DNA of 64,000 nucleotides from the NCBI GenBank assembly GCA_024637155.1, contig JAGXFR010000060.1, forward strand, positions 2,464 to 66,463, read 5' to 3'. This document shows, one piece after another, positions 38,112 to 52,133 of this stretch. Under the pieces are notes generated by a model, which was not told the origin of the DNA, made no database searches, and saw only the letters and a program-made list of their open reading frames with translations. The stretch is from Burkholderiaceae bacterium (GTDB taxonomy: Bacteria > Pseudomonadota > Gammaproteobacteria > Burkholderiales > Burkholderiaceae_E). The translations under genes and the position numbers were made by a program. Position 1 is the first letter of the stretch, and each line of letters opens with the position of its first letter.

Positions 38112-38627
38112 TTGCTGCCGCTTGCCCAAATCGTTGATGACACGGTGACCGGGATGGGCTATGAGCTCGTCGAGGTGGCCTTTGCGCCGCGCGGTCTGCT
38201 GCGCGTGTTCATCGACGGGCCCGAGGGTGTGCGCATCGAGGACTGTGCGCGGGTCAGCCGTCAGCTGAGTCACGTGCTGACCGTCGAGAATGCGGACTAT
38301 CAGCGCCTCGAAGTCTCGTCTCCGGGGCTCGACCGGCCGCTGAAGCGACTCGGCGACTACGAGCGTTTCGTCGGTCACCTGGTCGCGCTGAAGCTGCGCC
38401 GCCCCTTCGAGGGGCGGAGCAACTTCACCGGGGTGTTGGTACGCGAGGCCGATGGAGCGTTCGGCCTCGATCTCGTCGAGTCGACAAAGCCGCCGGCCAA
38501 GGCGCAGGCGGCGCGGGCGGCGAGCCCGAAGAAGGCGCGTCCCGACGCAGCGGCGTCCGGACGCAGATTGAATTTTTCGCTCGACGAAGTCGAGCGGGCT
38601 CGGCTGGTGCCGAACTTGGCGTTTTAG
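38112..38627 (+). CDS. rimP: Ribosome maturation factor RimP
   Basis: VTGMGYELVEVAF, LRVFID, IEDCARVSRQLSHVL and LEVSSPGLDRPL motifs. There is no in-frame ATG, so a TTG at 38112 about 10 nt after GAGAGGGG is proposed. Confidence 0.8.
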   Translation: MLPLAQIVDDTVTGMGYELVEVAFAPRGLLRVFIDGPEGVRIEDCARVSRQLSHVLTVENADYQRLEVSSPGLDRPLKRLGDYERFVGHLVALKLRRPFEGRSNFTGVLVREADGAFGLDLVESTKPPAKAQAARAASPKKARPDAAASGRRLNFSLDEVERARLVPNLAF

Positions 38628-38636
38628 GAGTCTGAG

Positions 38637-40121
38637 ATGAGCCGAGAGGTTCTGTTGCTGGTCGATGCGCTTGGGCGCGAGAAGAACGTTCCCCGTGAGA
38701 TCGTTTTCGAGGCGCTCGAGAGCGCGCTCGCGTCCGCCACGAAGAAGCGCTTTCCCGAGGACGCCGATGTGCGTGTGTCCATCGATCGTCTCACCGGCGA
38801 GTCGGAATCATTCCGCCGCTGGCTCGTCGTGCCCGACGGTGAACTCGAGGATCACGATCTGCAGGTGATCCTTTCCGAGGCCGAGAAGCGGGTTCCCGAC
38901 GCGCAGGTGGGCGAGTACATCGAAGAGGAACTCGAGCCGGCGGAACTCGGTCGGATCGGCGCGCAGGCCGCCAAGCAGGTGATCCTGCAGCGCATCCGCG
39001 ACGCCGAGCGCGAGCAGATCATCGGCGAATTCCTGCAACGCGGCGAACCGATCCTCTCGGGCACGGTCAAGCGGGTGGATCGCGAGGGGGCCGTGATCGA
39101 AGCCGGCAAGCTCGAGGCGCGGCTGCCGCGCGACCAGATGATTCCGAAGGAAAACCTGCGGGTCGGCGATCGGGTTCGTGCGTTTGTGGGCGCGGTCAGC
39201 CGGGAAGGGCGCGGTCCGCAACTGATGCTCTCGCGCACGTCGCCCGAGTTCGTCAAGCATCTCTTCGCCATCGAGGTTCCCGAGATCGAGCAGGGCCTGC
39301 TCGAGATCAAGGCGGCCGCGCGCGACCCCGGGGTGCGCGCGAAGATCGCCGTGTTTACGCGCGACCGGCGCATCGACCCGATCGGAACCTGTGTCGGCGT
39401 GCGCGGCTCGCGGGTGCAGGCGGTGACCGGCGAACTGGGTGGCGAGCGGGTCGACATCGTGCTGTGGTCGGAGGATCCCGCGCAGTTCGTGATCGGCGCG
39501 CTGGCGCCCGCGAACGTCTCGTCGATCCTGGTCGACGAAGACAAACGCAGCATGGACGTCGTCGTCGACGAGGACAACCTCGCACTGGCGATCGGCACCG
39601 GCGGACGCAACGTGCGTCTGGCCAGCGAACTCACCGGCTGGCACATCAACATCATGAGCGCCGACGAGTCCCAGCAGCGCTCCGTGCAGGAACGCCTGGC
39701 GGTGCGGTCGCTGTTCATCGACAAGCTCGACGTGGACGAGGAAGTGGCAGACGCGCTCGTCGAAGAGGGCTTCAGTTCGCTCGAGGAAGTCGCCTACGTG
39801 CCTCTCGCCGAGATGCTCGAGATGGAGGCCTTCGACGAGGAAACCGTCAACGAACTGCGCACCCGCGCGCGCAATGCGCTGCTGATGGAGGCGATTTCGA
39901 CCGAGGAAAAGATCGATTCGACGGCGGAGGATCTGCTGACGCTCGAGGGGATGGATCACGAACTGGCCGCAGCCCTCGCCGATGCCAAGGTGCTGACCCG
40001 GGAAGACCTCGCTGAACTCGCGGTCGACGAGTTGCTCGAAATCGTCAACATCGCAGAGGAACGGGCCAAGGCGCTGATCATGGGTGCGCGCGCGCATTGG
40101 TTCGAGGGCGAAGAGGCCTGA
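38637..40121 (+). CDS. nusA: Transcription termination/antitermination factor NusA
   Basis: [18 protein letters not shown], an S1 domain ([16 protein letters not shown]), KH domains ([30 protein letters not shown]) and C-terminal acidic repeats. Confidence 0.95.
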   Translation: MSREVLLLVDALGREKNVPREIVFEALESALASATKKRFPEDADVRVSIDRLTGESESFRRWLVVPDGELEDHDLQVILSEAEKRVPDAQVGEYIEEELEPAELGRIGAQAAKQVILQRIRDAEREQIIGEFLQRGEPILSGTVKRVDREGAVIEAGKLEARLPRDQMIPKENLRVGDRVRAFVGAVSREGRGPQLMLSRTSPEFVKHLFAIEVPEIEQGLLEIKAAARDPGVRAKIAVFTRDRRIDPIGTCVGVRGSRVQAVTGELGGERVDIVLWSEDPAQFVIGALAPANVSSILVDEDKRSMDVVVDEDNLALAIGTGGRNVRLASELTGWHINIMSADESQQRSVQERLAVRSLFIDKLDVDEEVADALVEEGFSSLEEVAYVPLAEMLEMEAFDEETVNELRTRARNALLMEAISTEEKIDSTAEDLLTLEGMDHELAAALADAKVLTREDLAELAVDELLEIVNIAEERAKALIMGARAHWFEGEEA

Positions 40122-40159
40122 AGCCGTTCTCGTCGCACGACGGGCAGGAGTAGCCAAGG

Positions 40160-43000
40160 ATGAGTATGACCAGTAACAACGTAGAGACTTTCGCAGGTGA
40201 ACTGAAGGTGCCGGTCGACGTGCTGCTCGAGCAGTTCCGGGCAGCAGGCGTCGAGAAGAGCGCCGCGTCCGACGAGATCAGCGAGTCGGACAAGGAGCGC
40301 CTGCTGCTCGCGCTGCGCCGTTCGCACGGGGGCGAGGAAGCGCCCAAGCGCAGGATCACGCTCACCCGCAAGCAGACCACCGAGATTAAGCAGGCCGATG
40401 CCACCGGCAAGGCACGCACGATCCAGGTCGAAGTTCGCAAGAAGCGCGTTTTCGTCAAGCGTGAGGTGGCCGCCGATGCGTCGGGAACCAGCACCGCCGA
40501 GCTCGTTCCGGAAGCCGTGGTCATCGACGAGGAGCAGCGTCAGCTGCGGGCGGAGGAGGAGCGCCGCCAGCGCGAACTGACCGAGCGCCAGATCGCGGAT
40601 CTGAAAGAGAAGCAGGAGCGGCTCGAACGCGAGCGGGAGCGCGAAACCGCGACCGCCGCCGAGGCCGTGCGCCGTGAAGACGAGGCGCGTCGCGAGCGCG
40701 AGCACCTCGCCGAAGTGTCGGGGAATGAGTCGGGCGCCGGGGACGACGCGGCTGCGGTTCAGGATGACGCGGTCGCCCAGGCAAAGGCCGCAGCAGCCGC
40801 CACCTCCCAGGCCGCGAGCGACGCTGCGGAGCAGGCTCGCAAGGAAGCCGAGACGCAGGCGAAGGCGCGACGCTCGGTCGAGCGCGAAGTTGCCGAACTC
40901 AATCGCGCGATGGAAGAGCGCCGCCGGCCCGCCCCGAAGAAGGAGCCCGAACCGGCGGCTGCGGAGGCGGCCAAAGCGGGCGTCACCGGAACCCTGCACA
41001 AGGCGGCAGACGGCAAGGCGCCGGCTGCGCCCGGGACTGCGGCCAAGAAGCACGTCAAGGCCGAGAAGCTCTCATCGACCTGGTCCGAGGAGGCGAACAA
41101 GCGCAAGGGCGGCGTCAAGGGACGCAGTGACGGCCCGGCCCGGCCCGCCGACCGGGGCTGGCGCGGGAAGGGCGGCGGGCGTTCGCGCTCGTCGCGCGGA
41201 CAGTCGCAGACGAGCAGCCCGGCAGTGCTGGTCGATCCGATCATTCACGATGTGCACGTTCCCGAGACGATCACCGTTGCCGAACTGGCGCACAAGATGG
41301 CGGTCAAGGCCGCGGCCGTGATCAAGGTGCTGATGAAGCTCGGGCAGATGGTGACCATCAATCAGGTGCTCGATCAGGAAACGGCGATGATCATCGTCGA
41401 GGAGATGGGCCACAAGGCGCAGGCCGCGAAGCTCGATGATCCGGAGGCGATGCTCGCCGAAAACGACATCACGGTGGTTGACGCAGCCGCCGTGCCGCGT
41501 CCGCCGGTCGTCACGGTCATGGGCCACGTCGATCATGGCAAGACATCGCTGCTTGACTACATTCGGCGCACCAAGGTCGCCGCCGGCGAGGCGGGCGGGA
41601 TCACGCAGCACATCGGCGCCTATCACGTGGAAACGCCGCGCGGCGTGATCACCTTCCTGGATACGCCGGGTCACGCGGCCTTCACCGCCATGCGCGCGCG
41701 CGGCGCCAAGGCCACCGATATCGTGATCCTGGTGGTTGCGGCCGACGACGGTGTCATGCCGCAGACGATCGAGGCGATCCACCATGCGCGCGCGGCCAAG
41801 GTGCCGCTCGTGGTGGCGATGAACAAGATCGACAAGCCCGAGGCGGATCCGGCCAAGCTCAAGCAGGAGTTGCTTGCGCACGAGGTCGTTGCCGAGGAAT
41901 TTGGCGGCGACGTCGCGGTGGTTCCGGTTTCGGCAAAGACGGGCGAGGGCATCGACGCGCTGCTCGAGAACGTGCTGCTGCAGGCCGAACTGCTCGAGCT
42001 GCAGGCCGTTGCCGAGGGTCCGGCCAAGGGGCTGGTGATCGAAGCCCGGCTCGACAAGGGGCGTGGCCCGATCGCCACCGTACTGGTCCAGTCGGGGATG
42101 CTCAAGAAGGGCGATGTGGTTCTCGCCGGATCATCCTTCGGTCGGATTCGTGCGATGGTCGACGAGGCCGGAAAGTCGATCGAATTTGCCGGTCCGTCGA
42201 TTCCCGTCGAGATCCAGGGCCTGGCCGATGTTCCCGGGGCGGGCGAGGAGGTGATGGTGCTTGCCGACGAGCGCAAGGCCCGCGAGATCGCGCTGTTCCG
42301 TCAGGGCAAATTCCGCGACGTGAAGCTGGCGCGTCAGCAGGCCACCAAGCTCGAGAACATCCTGGGTCAGATGACCGAAGGCGAGGTGCAGACGCTGGCG
42401 CTGGTGATCAAGGCCGACGTGCAGGGTTCACAGGAGGCACTCGCCCACGCGCTGGTCAAGCTCTCCACCCCGGAGGTCAAGGTCACCATCGTTCACCAGG
42501 GGGTCGGCGGCATCAACGAATCCGACGTCCACCTGGCGACGGCTTCGAACGCCGTGGTGATCGGCTTCAACGTGCGCGCCGACCAGCAGGCCAAGCGGCT
42601 CGCCGCGGCCAATGAAGTCGACATGCGCTACTACGACATCATCTACGAAGCGGTCGATGAGGTGAAGGCGGCGATGTCCGGGATGCTCTCTCCCGAGAAG
42701 CGCGAGGAGATCCTCGGGCTGGTTCAGATCCGCCAGGTGTTTTCCGTTTCCAAGGTCGGCAACATCGCCGGCTGCATGGTGCTCGAGGGGCTGGTGCGCC
42801 GCGGCAGCAAGGTTCGCCTGCTGCGCGACAACACCGTCATCTGGTCCGGCGAACTCGACTCGCTCAAGCGCTTCAAGGACGATGTCCGCGAGGTCAAGGA
42901 AGGGTTCGAGTGCGGCCTGTCGTTGAAGAACTACAACGACATCAAGGAGAGCGACACGCTCGAGGTCTTCGAAGTGAAGGAGGTTGCGCGCACGCTGTAG
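40160..43000 (+). CDS. infB: Translation initiation factor IF-2
   Basis: 946 aa. Charged low-complexity N-terminus, then the GTPase core [21 protein letters not shown] and NKID. Confidence 0.95.
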   Translation: MSMTSNNVETFAGELKVPVDVLLEQFRAAGVEKSAASDEISESDKERLLLALRRSHGGEEAPKRRITLTRKQTTEIKQADATGKARTIQVEVRKKRVFVKREVAADASGTSTAELVPEAVVIDEEQRQLRAEEERRQRELTERQIADLKEKQERLERERERETATAAEAVRREDEARREREHLAEVSGNESGAGDDAAAVQDDAVAQAKAAAAATSQAASDAAEQARKEAETQAKARRSVEREVAELNRAMEERRRPAPKKEPEPAAAEAAKAGVTGTLHKAADGKAPAAPGTAAKKHVKAEKLSSTWSEEANKRKGGVKGRSDGPARPADRGWRGKGGGRSRSSRGQSQTSSPAVLVDPIIHDVHVPETITVAELAHKMAVKAAAVIKVLMKLGQMVTINQVLDQETAMIIVEEMGHKAQAAKLDDPEAMLAENDITVVDAAAVPRPPVVTVMGHVDHGKTSLLDYIRRTKVAAGEAGGITQHIGAYHVETPRGVITFLDTPGHAAFTAMRARGAKATDIVILVVAADDGVMPQTIEAIHHARAAKVPLVVAMNKIDKPEADPAKLKQELLAHEVVAEEFGGDVAVVPVSAKTGEGIDALLENVLLQAELLELQAVAEGPAKGLVIEARLDKGRGPIATVLVQSGMLKKGDVVLAGSSFGRIRAMVDEAGKSIEFAGPSIPVEIQGLADVPGAGEEVMVLADERKAREIALFRQGKFRDVKLARQQATKLENILGQMTEGEVQTLALVIKADVQGSQEALAHALVKLSTPEVKVTIVHQGVGGINESDVHLATASNAVVIGFNVRADQQAKRLAAANEVDMRYYDIIYEAVDEVKAAMSGMLSPEKREEILGLVQIRQVFSVSKVGNIAGCMVLEGLVRRGSKVRLLRDNTVIWSGELDSLKRFKDDVREVKEGFECGLSLKNYNDIKESDTLEVFEVKEVARTL

Positions 43001-43083
43001 CGCGCTGCCGCACAGGGAACCCGGTGCCCGGCGCGCGCACGATTGCGCGCGGCGCCAGCGGGGTTCCAGGGAGGTCGAATCAC

Positions 43084-43560
43084 ATGGGCAGACACCAGGC
43101 GCCGGCCGGCGGCCGCAGCGCGCGCGTTGCCGAGCAGATCCACCACGAAATCGCGGCCATGATCCGCGGGGAACTCAAGGACCCGCGCATTGGCATGGTC
43201 ACGGTCACGGGCTGCGAGATCACGGCGGACTACGCATACACGACGATTCGCTTCACCGTCTTTCCGAGCGACGAGGAGACGGTCGCGAACACGCTCGAAG
43301 GGCTGCGCCATGCGGCGGGCTTCCTGCGCTCGCAACTCGGGCGTCGCGTTCGCATCCACACCACGCCCGAAGTGCGCTTCGTTCACGATGCCTCGATCGA
43401 GCGCGGGATGGAACTCTCGCACCTGATCGACGAGGCCAACGCCAGGCGGGCGGCAGACGCGGATCTGGACGCGCCGGATGCGGCCGGCGCGGACGATGAG
43501 GACGACGCGGCCGGTGCGGACGCGCCCCGGGCGGGCGGCGGATCTGCGGAATCTGCGTGA
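43084..43560 (+). CDS. rbfA: Ribosome-binding factor A
   Basis: Start MGRHQAP. RVAEQIHHEIAAMIRGELKDPRIGMVTVTGCEITADYAYTTI, with an acidic tail. Confidence 0.85.
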   Translation: MGRHQAPAGGRSARVAEQIHHEIAAMIRGELKDPRIGMVTVTGCEITADYAYTTIRFTVFPSDEETVANTLEGLRHAAGFLRSQLGRRVRIHTTPEVRFVHDASIERGMELSHLIDEANARRAADADLDAPDAAGADDEDDAAGADAPRAGGGSAESA

Positions 43561-44522
43561 GCGCCCCGCGCCGTGCGCCGCGCGAGCGCGTCGACGGTGC
43601 GTTGTTGCTGGACAAGCCGCGCGGAATCACCTCGAACGACGCGCTGATGCAGGTGCGCCGCCTGCTCAACGCCGCCAAGGCCGGGCATGGCGGAACACTC
43701 GACCCGATGGCGACGGGGCTGCTGCCGATCGCGCTGGGCGAGGCCACCAAGTTCCTGCACGACCTGCTCGAGGCCGATAAGAGTTACGAGGCCGAAATCG
43801 GCTTCGGCATCGCCACCGACACGGGTGACGCGGAAGGGGCTGTGATCGCGCACGGCAGCGCGCAGGTGCGGCGCGCGGATCTCGAGAGGGCCCTGGCCGC
43901 ATTCCGGGGGCCGATCCAGCAGGTCCCCCCGATGTATTCAGCCCTGAAGCGCGACGGTCGTCCGCTCTACGAGTACGCACGTGCCGGTCAGACCGTGGCG
44001 CGCGAGGCGCGCACGGTCACCATTCACGAACTGGATCTGCTCTCCTGCGAGCCAGGGAGTGCGCGCGTGCGGGTGCGCTGCTCCAAGGGCACCTACGTGC
44101 GCACGCTGGCCGAGGATATCGGACTGGCGCTGGGCACGGTGGCGCATCTCACCGGACTGCGGCGCACGCAGGTTGGCGTGCTCGGGATCGCAGGTGCGCT
44201 GCGCATCGGGCTGCCGCTGCAGCTCGGCGAGGTTTCCGCGGAGCGGCTCGCCGAAGCACGCGCGGCCGTGCGTGCGGCGCTGCGCCCGGTCGATGCGCTG
44301 CTCTCGACGCTGCCCGCCTGCATGGTGGACGCGGCGAACGCCGCGCGCATCGTGCACGGGCAATGCGTGACGCTGGGCACGGGCACAGCGAGCGGGCCCG
44401 TTTCCGGCCGGGTGCGCATCTATTGCGGGACCGATCTGCTGGGGGTCGGCCGGCTCGACGCCGCAGGCCTTCTCACACCCGAGCGCCTCGTCAGCGACGC
44501 ACAGAGTGCCCCAGTAAGGTAG
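43557..44522 (+). CDS. truB: tRNA pseudouridine(55) synthase
   Basis: GALLLDKPRGITSNDAL, GHGGTLDPMATGLLPI and PPMYSALKRDGRPLYEYAR. The start overlaps the rbfA stop. Confidence 0.9.
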   Translation: MSAPRRAPRERVDGALLLDKPRGITSNDALMQVRRLLNAAKAGHGGTLDPMATGLLPIALGEATKFLHDLLEADKSYEAEIGFGIATDTGDAEGAVIAHGSAQVRRADLERALAAFRGPIQQVPPMYSALKRDGRPLYEYARAGQTVAREARTVTIHELDLLSCEPGSARVRVRCSKGTYVRTLAEDIGLALGTVAHLTGLRRTQVGVLGIAGALRIGLPLQLGEVSAERLAEARAAVRAALRPVDALLSTLPACMVDAANAARIVHGQCVTLGTGTASGPVSGRVRIYCGTDLLGVGRLDAAGLLTPERLVSDAQSAPVR

Positions 44523-44576
44523 AATTCGACCCCCCTGCCTTTTCGCCGCGTGTTGCCCCCGCGGCTCCGTGTCCCC

Positions 44577-46448
44577 ATGTCCGCCCCAATTCGCAATATC
44601 GCCATCATCGCGCACGTCGATCATGGCAAGACCACCCTCGTTGACCAGCTCCTGCGCCAGTCGGGGACCTTTCGCGCCCACCAGCACCTCGCCGAGCGGG
44701 TGATGGACAGCAACGACCTGGAGCGCGAACGCGGCATCACGATCCTCGCGAAGAACTGTGCAGTCGACTTCGAGGGCACGCGCATCAATATCGTCGATAC
44801 GCCGGGTCATGCGGATTTCGGCGGCGAGGTCGAGCGCGCGCTCTCGATGGTCGACGGCGTTCTGCTGCTCGTCGACGCCGTCGAGGGGCCGATGCCGCAG
44901 ACGCGCTTCGTCACCCGCAAGGCGCTCGCGCTGGGGCTGCGACCCATCGTCGTCATCAACAAGATCGACCGCCCCGGAGCGCGTGCGGACTGGGTGGTCG
45001 ACCACACCTTCGACCTGTTCGACAAGCTCGGCGCCAGCGAGGAGCAACTCGACTTCCCCGTGATCTACGCCTCGGCGATCAATGGCTACGCGGTGACTCG
45101 GCGCGAGGATCTGCCGGCGGCGACCTCCGGCGAGGGTGGTGGGAAGGGGCTGTCGATGCGCCCGCTCTTCGAGGCGATTCTCGCCCAGGTGCCGGCCCGC
45201 GACGACGATGCCGACGCTCCGCTGCAGTTCCAGATTTCCGCGCTCGACTACTCCAGCTACGTCGGCAAGATCGGCATCGGGCGGATCAATCGCGGCCGGG
45301 TTCGCCCCGGTCAGCAGCTGCTCGTGCTCCACGGGGACCCGGCGCGCACCGGGGTTGCGCCGATCGTCGCCAAGATCAACCAGGTGTTGTGCTTCCGCGG
45401 TCTGGATCGCGATGTGGTCGAGGAGGCACAAGCCGGCGACATCGTCGCGATCAATGGCATCGACGAGATCAGCATCGGCGCGACGCTGTGCGACATGGGC
45501 ATGCCCGATGCGCTGCCGATGATCAAGGTCGACGAGCCGACGATGACGATGGAGTTCCTCGTCAACACCTCGCCGCTCGCCGGGCGCGAAGGCAAGTACG
45601 TCACCAGTCGCCAGATCCGGGAGCGGCTTGAGCGGGAGCTGAAGTCCAACGTGGCGTTGCGCGTGGAGTTCACCTCCGACAGCGACACCTTCGTGGTATC
45701 CGGACGTGGCGAACTGCATCTGACGATCCTGCTCGAGACCATGCGTCGCGAGGGCTACGAACTTGCGGTGTCGCGACCCAAACCGCGCATCGTGGTGGTC
45801 GACGGAGAACCCCGCGAGCCCTACGAACTGCTCACCGCCGACCTTGAGGAAGCCCATCAGGGCGCGGTCATGGAACTGCTGGGTCGGCGTCGTGGCGAAG
45901 TGCAGAACATGGATCCGGACGGCAAGGGCCGGGTGCGGCTCGAGTACCGGGTGCCGGCGCGCGGCCTGATCGGTTTTCACGGTGAGTTCCTGAACATCAC
46001 GCGCGGGACCGGGGTCGCAAGCCATGTCTTTGACGATTACGGCCCGTGGGCCGGCCCGCTCGAAGGTCGGCGCAATGGCGTGCTGATCTCCCAGGACGAT
46101 GGCGCGGCAGTGGCCTATGCGCTGTGGAAGCTGCAGGAACGCGGCAAGATGTTCGTGAGTCCGGGCGAAGCGCTCTATGAAGGGATGATCATCGGGACCA
46201 ACTCGCGTGACAACGACCTCGTCGTGAACCCGGTGCGCGAAAAGAAGCTCACGAACATCCGCACCTCGAGCAAGGACGAGCACATCGTGCTGGTGCCTCC
46301 CATGCAGCTGACACTCGAGAAGGCCGTCGCGTTCATCGCCGATGACGAACTCGTTGAACTGACACCGAACAGCATTCGGTTGCGCAAGCGCTTTCTCGTC
46401 GAGCACGAGCGCAAGCGCGCGTCGCGCGAGACGGTCACGCTGGGGTAG
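44577..46448 (+). CDS. typA: Translational GTPase TypA/BipA
   Basis: [37 protein letters not shown] and VINKIDR, with an EF-G-like domain order. Confidence 0.95.
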   Translation: MSAPIRNIAIIAHVDHGKTTLVDQLLRQSGTFRAHQHLAERVMDSNDLERERGITILAKNCAVDFEGTRINIVDTPGHADFGGEVERALSMVDGVLLLVDAVEGPMPQTRFVTRKALALGLRPIVVINKIDRPGARADWVVDHTFDLFDKLGASEEQLDFPVIYASAINGYAVTRREDLPAATSGEGGGKGLSMRPLFEAILAQVPARDDDADAPLQFQISALDYSSYVGKIGIGRINRGRVRPGQQLLVLHGDPARTGVAPIVAKINQVLCFRGLDRDVVEEAQAGDIVAINGIDEISIGATLCDMGMPDALPMIKVDEPTMTMEFLVNTSPLAGREGKYVTSRQIRERLERELKSNVALRVEFTSDSDTFVVSGRGELHLTILLETMRREGYELAVSRPKPRIVVVDGEPREPYELLTADLEEAHQGAVMELLGRRRGEVQNMDPDGKGRVRLEYRVPARGLIGFHGEFLNITRGTGVASHVFDDYGPWAGPLEGRRNGVLISQDDGAAVAYALWKLQERGKMFVSPGEALYEGMIIGTNSRDNDLVVNPVREKKLTNIRTSSKDEHIVLVPPMQLTLEKAVAFIADDELVELTPNSIRLRKRFLVEHERKRASRETVTLG

Positions 46449-46489
46449 GGGTAGGTCGGCAGCGGTTCCGCTTGCGCACTTGCATCTTC

Positions 46490-46608
46490 ATCTCGGCGCG
46501 CCGCGGTCAGGCGCCCGGTTCTTCGACCGATCTTCGCATGGCGCGCCGCGGTCAGGCGCCCGCAGTCGCGGCTCGGGACCCGCTTTGTGCGGACGCCTGA
46601 CCACACCG
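46490..46608. repeat. Left arm of a long imperfect inverted repeat, containing the tandem sub-repeat GGCGCGCCGCGGTCAGGCGCCCG x2
   Basis: Sub-repeat copies lie at 46495-46517 and 46540-46562 (45-bp period). The cores 46564-46585 (AGTCGCGGCTCGGGACCCGCTT) and 46591-46605 (GGACGCCTGACCACA) are exact reverse complements of 47021-47042 and 47002-47016. Confidence 0.85.
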
Positions 46609-46997
46609 CGCTGGGTGGCGATTCGGCTCGCCCGCAGATCGCTGCGTTGTCGCGGCACGGCTCACGCTCCACGCGCTCATCCGTGACGGCGAAGCGTCTC
46701 GCGGCGGGCGCCCGGCTCGTTACCCGGGCGCCACGCGCCGCGAGGCCGCCCGCCGGCAACAGCTTGGGCGTGCAAGCGAGACGCGCGACACATGCACGCC
46801 GCCGCATTTCCCAGCGCGCCGCTGGCGGACGCGTGCCCGATCGGATAACGGGCCGATCGGGCTCGCGGGAGCGCGGTGCGCCGCGCGAGCGCCCGCGCGA
46901 GACCTGAGCGTGAGACACCGGTGGCACGCGCGGCGGCCGCTGGCACGAGGGCTGTGCTCGCCGAATTGCTGAACCGTGCGCGGAGATGCCTCAAAGC

Positions 46998-47118
46998 GTG
47001 ATGTGGTCAGGCGTCCTGACAAGCGGGTCCCGAGCCGCGACTCAGTACGCTTGACGACAGCACGCCACGACGGAAAGCCGCGAGCGAAGGGGCCTGACGA
47101 CAGCACGCCACGCCGCAC
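46998..47118. repeat. Right arm of the long imperfect inverted repeat, containing the tandem sub-repeat TGACGACAGCACGCCACG x2
   Basis: Copies lie at 47052-47069 and 47095-47112 (43-bp period). Their reverse complement matches the left-arm sub-repeat at about 15 of 20 positions, and the differences are mostly C/T transitions. Confidence 0.85.
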
Positions 47119-47251
47119 CCGCAGGTGCGCGCCCAGCACGCGGCGCACTAGAATTAAGATAAACTGAATCATCCGCCGAGCAATTCGGTGGTCCGCAAGG
47201 CGGAGATCGTTTCCGAAGGGGTTGCATCGAACCGACACGGGAGCTGTGCTC

Positions 47252-49981
<2,730 letters not shown>

Positions 49982-50023
49982 TCGACTGGCGGCGCGCCAA
50001 CCACGCGCTGGCGTGAACCGGCG

Positions 50024-50980
50024 CTAGCGCGCGATGCGCGCGCCAGCGGCTGCCTTGCCGCCGCGCTTGCGCACGGCCTTCATGGCGACGGCGAACAACT
50101 TGTTGCGGGCCGACTCGGTGATCGCGACCACACAGGGGTGGGTCATGCGCCGCTGAATCGAGATCGCGAAGAAATCGGCCAGCACTTCGTGGGTGGCGCC
50201 CAGCGTTCTGACGTTCAACCGCTTTTCGATTTCCGCGGCCAGCACGGTTGGACCGACGAAGATGCCGGCAGCGCGCCGGCCGAACTCATCCGAGAGCGCG
50301 CTGTCGTCGAACTCGCCCACGACGCGCGGCCGCAGGGACTGCGCCTGGAACCAGTCGCGCAGGCGATGCCCGACCGCCGAGTCCTTTCCCGGCATCAGCA
50401 GGGGCGCGCCGTCCAGGCACTGCGGGAAGGCACCAGCGCAGCGCTTGAGCAACTCGGGCGCGGCGAAGAAGCTGAGGCCGGAGGCGCCGAGCCGATGACT
50501 GAAGGCCCGCACGCTGACGTGGGGCGGAATCGGTGCATCCGAGATCACCAGATCGAGCCGGTGCAGGGCCAGTTCCGCCAGCAGGCTCTCGAGGGGCCAT
50601 TCGCGGCACACCATGTGTATCGGCTCGGGGAGCAATGTCGCAGGCTCGACCAGCCGGTACGCGATGGACTTGGGCACGGCGTCGGCAATGCCGACCCGGA
50701 ACTCGAGCATGCGGGCGTCGGCGGAATGGTCGCGAATGGCCTCCTCGAGCTCGGCGCCGAGCGAGAAGATCTGCTCGGCGTAGCCCAGGGCCAGGTGGCC
50801 GGCTTCGGTGAGCGCCAGCCCGCGGCCGCTCTTGGTCAGCAGCGCGCTGCCCAGCGCTTCTTCGAGCAACTGCACCTGTCCGCTGATGGTTTGTGGCGTC
50901 AAGTGCAACTGCTCGCTGGCGCGCGTCACGCTGCCGGTCTTGGCCACCCGCATGAAGTAGTTGAGGTGCTTGTAGTTCAT
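50024..50980 (-). CDS. LysR-family transcriptional regulator, NhaR-like
   Basis: The N-terminus MNYKHLNYFMRVAKTGSVTRASEQLHLTPQTISGQVQLLEEALG and later GEFDDSAL closely parallel my recollection of E. coli NhaR. Confidence 0.8.
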   Translation of the reverse strand: MNYKHLNYFMRVAKTGSVTRASEQLHLTPQTISGQVQLLEEALGSALLTKSGRGLALTEAGHLALGYAEQIFSLGAELEEAIRDHSADARMLEFRVGIADAVPKSIAYRLVEPATLLPEPIHMVCREWPLESLLAELALHRLDLVISDAPIPPHVSVRAFSHRLGASGLSFFAAPELLKRCAGAFPQCLDGAPLLMPGKDSAVGHRLRDWFQAQSLRPRVVGEFDDSALSDEFGRRAAGIFVGPTVLAAEIEKRLNVRTLGATHEVLADFFAISIQRRMTHPCVVAITESARNKLFAVAMKAVRKRGGKAAAGARIAR

Positions 50981-51143
50981 GGCTGAACAGGAAGAATTAT
51001 ACGAATGATATGCGTAAATCTTGCGAATTTACAAGTCATGTCCGCATCCTTATATTCGCGCTGTGCCGTGGCGCTGTGCCACACCCCGGGGCGGGCGACA
51101 TCAACTCGAGTGGCGTTCGCCGGTTTGATTGAGGATCTGAGAC

Positions 51144-52133
51144 GTGAGCATCGAAACCTTCGCCAGCGGCCCGATGTGGGCTGGCTTCATCATCTTCATC
51201 ATCGCCATGTTGGCGCTGGATCTCTTCGTCTTCGGCGGACGCAAGGCACACCGCGCTTCGGCCTGGGAGGCCGGCGGATGGGTCTTCGCCTGGGTGACTC
51301 TGGCCCTTTCCTTCGGTGCCCTGCTGTGGTGGCATCTGGACGGGACGGTCGGTCGCGAAATCGCGAATCGCAAGGCGCTGGAATTTCTGACCGGCTACCT
51401 GATCGAGCAGTCGCTGTCGGTGGACAACATGTTCGTCTTCGTGATGATCTTCAGCTACTTCGCGGTGCCGCCGGAATTGCAGCGCCGCGTGCTCATCTAC
51501 GGCGTGGTGGGGGCCATCGTCATGCGCGCTGCGATGATCCTGGCCGGCGTATGGGTGGTGTCGGAGTTCGCCTGGGTCCTGTATGTGTTCGGGGCGTTTC
51601 TCCTGCTCACCGGGATCAAGATGCTGGTCGTCGCGGGCCATGAGCCAGATCTGGCGAACAACCCGCTGCTGCGCTGGATGCGGGGCCACCTTCGCATCAG
51701 CCCGCAATACCACGGGGAAGCCTTCTTCGTGCGCATCGGCGGCCTGCGCTACGCCACCCCAATGTTCCTGGTGCTGGTGATGATCGAAGCCAGTGATCTG
51801 GTGTTCGCGATTGACAGCATTCCGGCGATTTTTGCCGTCACCCGCGATCCCTTCATCGTCTTCACTTCCAACATCTTCGCCATCATGGGGTTGCGCGCGC
51901 TCTATTTTCTGCTGGCCGATCTGGCAACCCGTTTTCATCTGCTCAAGTACGGCCTGGCTCTTGTGCTTGTCTTCATCGGCGGCAAGATGGTGCTTGCTCC
52001 CTGGCTTCACGTCCCGATCCATTGGTCGCTGGCCGTAGTCGGCGCCCTGATTGCGGTTTCGGTGATGCTGAGTCTCATCCTGACGAGACCGGTCCGTGTT
52101 CAGCCCAATGCCCTCCCGAGGAGCACTTCATGA
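51144..52133 (+). CDS. TerC-family integral membrane protein (Alx-like)
   Basis: GTG start. [22 protein letters not shown] and [34 protein letters not shown] are TerC signature repeats. Confidence 0.85.
   Translation: MSIETFASGPMWAGFIIFIIAMLALDLFVFGGRKAHRASAWEAGGWVFAWVTLALSFGALLWWHLDGTVGREIANRKALEFLTGYLIEQSLSVDNMFVFVMIFSYFAVPPELQRRVLIYGVVGAIVMRAAMILAGVWVVSEFAWVLYVFGAFLLLTGIKMLVVAGHEPDLANNPLLRWMRGHLRISPQYHGEAFFVRIGGLRYATPMFLVLVMIEASDLVFAIDSIPAIFAVTRDPFIVFTSNIFAIMGLRALYFLLADLATRFHLLKYGLALVLVFIGGKMVLAPWLHVPIHWSLAVVGALIAVSVMLSLILTRPVRVQPNALPRSTS

Noticed and set aside
46495-46562. Mini CRISPR-like array (23-nt direct repeat, 45-bp period)
   Set aside because: There are only two copies and no cas genes. 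The repeats are mirrored by a diverged inverted pair at 47052-47112, so they are part of a palindromic element, not an array.
46587-46994. Protein-coding ORFs inside the palindrome spacer (46587..46907+, 46677..46994-, 46720..47271-, and the tail of 46175..46927-)
   Set aside because: The translations are arginine/alanine-rich nonsense with no motifs. They overlap each other in several frames, and there is no ribosome-binding site or plausible start context.
50981-51143. yybP-ykoY (Mn2+) riboswitch or Alx-type pH-responsive leader upstream of the TerC gene
   Set aside because: The context is right, but I cannot find the conserved GGGGAGUAG and UUGAGAGAC-type cores. Only a loose CCGGGGCGGGCGACA ... 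CTGAGACGTG is present. It needs an Rfam covariance-model scan before any claim.
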